Below, piece by piece: positions 63,966 through 64,000 of a stretch of DNA of 64,000 nucleotides. Source of the stretch: Planctomycetota bacterium (GTDB lineage: Bacteria > Planctomycetota > Brocadiia > JAADGH01); the NCBI GenBank assembly GCA_040755855.1, contig JBFMAD010000007.1, positions 120,731 to 184,730 of the forward strand, read 5' to 3'. The position numbers and the translations under genes were made by a program. The notes under the pieces were generated by a model. It did no database searches, had not been told where the DNA came from, and was given only the letters and a program-made list of their open reading frames with translations. The stretch's first letter is position 1, and every line of letters starts with the position of its first letter.

Positions 63966-64000
63966 ATTCTTGGAGGGTCAAGGGGATACAAAAGAGGGGA

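Noticed and set aside
63716..63981. Short ORFs at the right end
   Set aside because: Low-complexity translation of a pyrimidine tract, no recognisable motifs.

Overview
GC-rich bacterial chromosomal segment; the gene repertoire is suggestive of a Planctomycetota/PVC-like anaerobic polysaccharide degrader (inference only). Left to right: a truncated recN, a tRNA-binding protein, GT2, Gfo/Idh/MocA, an ECF sigma/zinc-finger anti-sigma pair with its own ECF promoter, and nadA; a large secreted heparinase-II/III-like protein; B12-radical SAM + GT2 + D-2-hydroxyacid dehydrogenase; a complete NHLP-type (C39 peptidase) peptide export trio with no precursor or modifying enzyme beside it; secreted glycan-active proteins including an unusual LamG-GH112-like protein; nitrilase + Ntn acylase; a sugar ABC transporter + AraC; an ~18 kb co-oriented run of 3 DegT aminotransferases, 3 ceramidase-like hydrolases, an AAC(3)-family protein, an amidohydrolase, 2 UroD-like proteins, Gfo and 2 secreted unknowns, interrupted by a repeat-flanked GxxExxY gene with an internal TGA; tRNA-Val(CAC); GH5-GATase-flavodoxin; a second ECF sigma with an unusual soluble partner; and an ion transporter behind two radical SAM/SPASM enzymes. 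Gene junctions carry short-unit (7-9 bp) tandem arrays, often as inverted pairs, and GTAG-type REP hairpins. No CRISPR, rRNA, integrase or transposase was seen. All family calls are from motif recognition by eye, not database searches.
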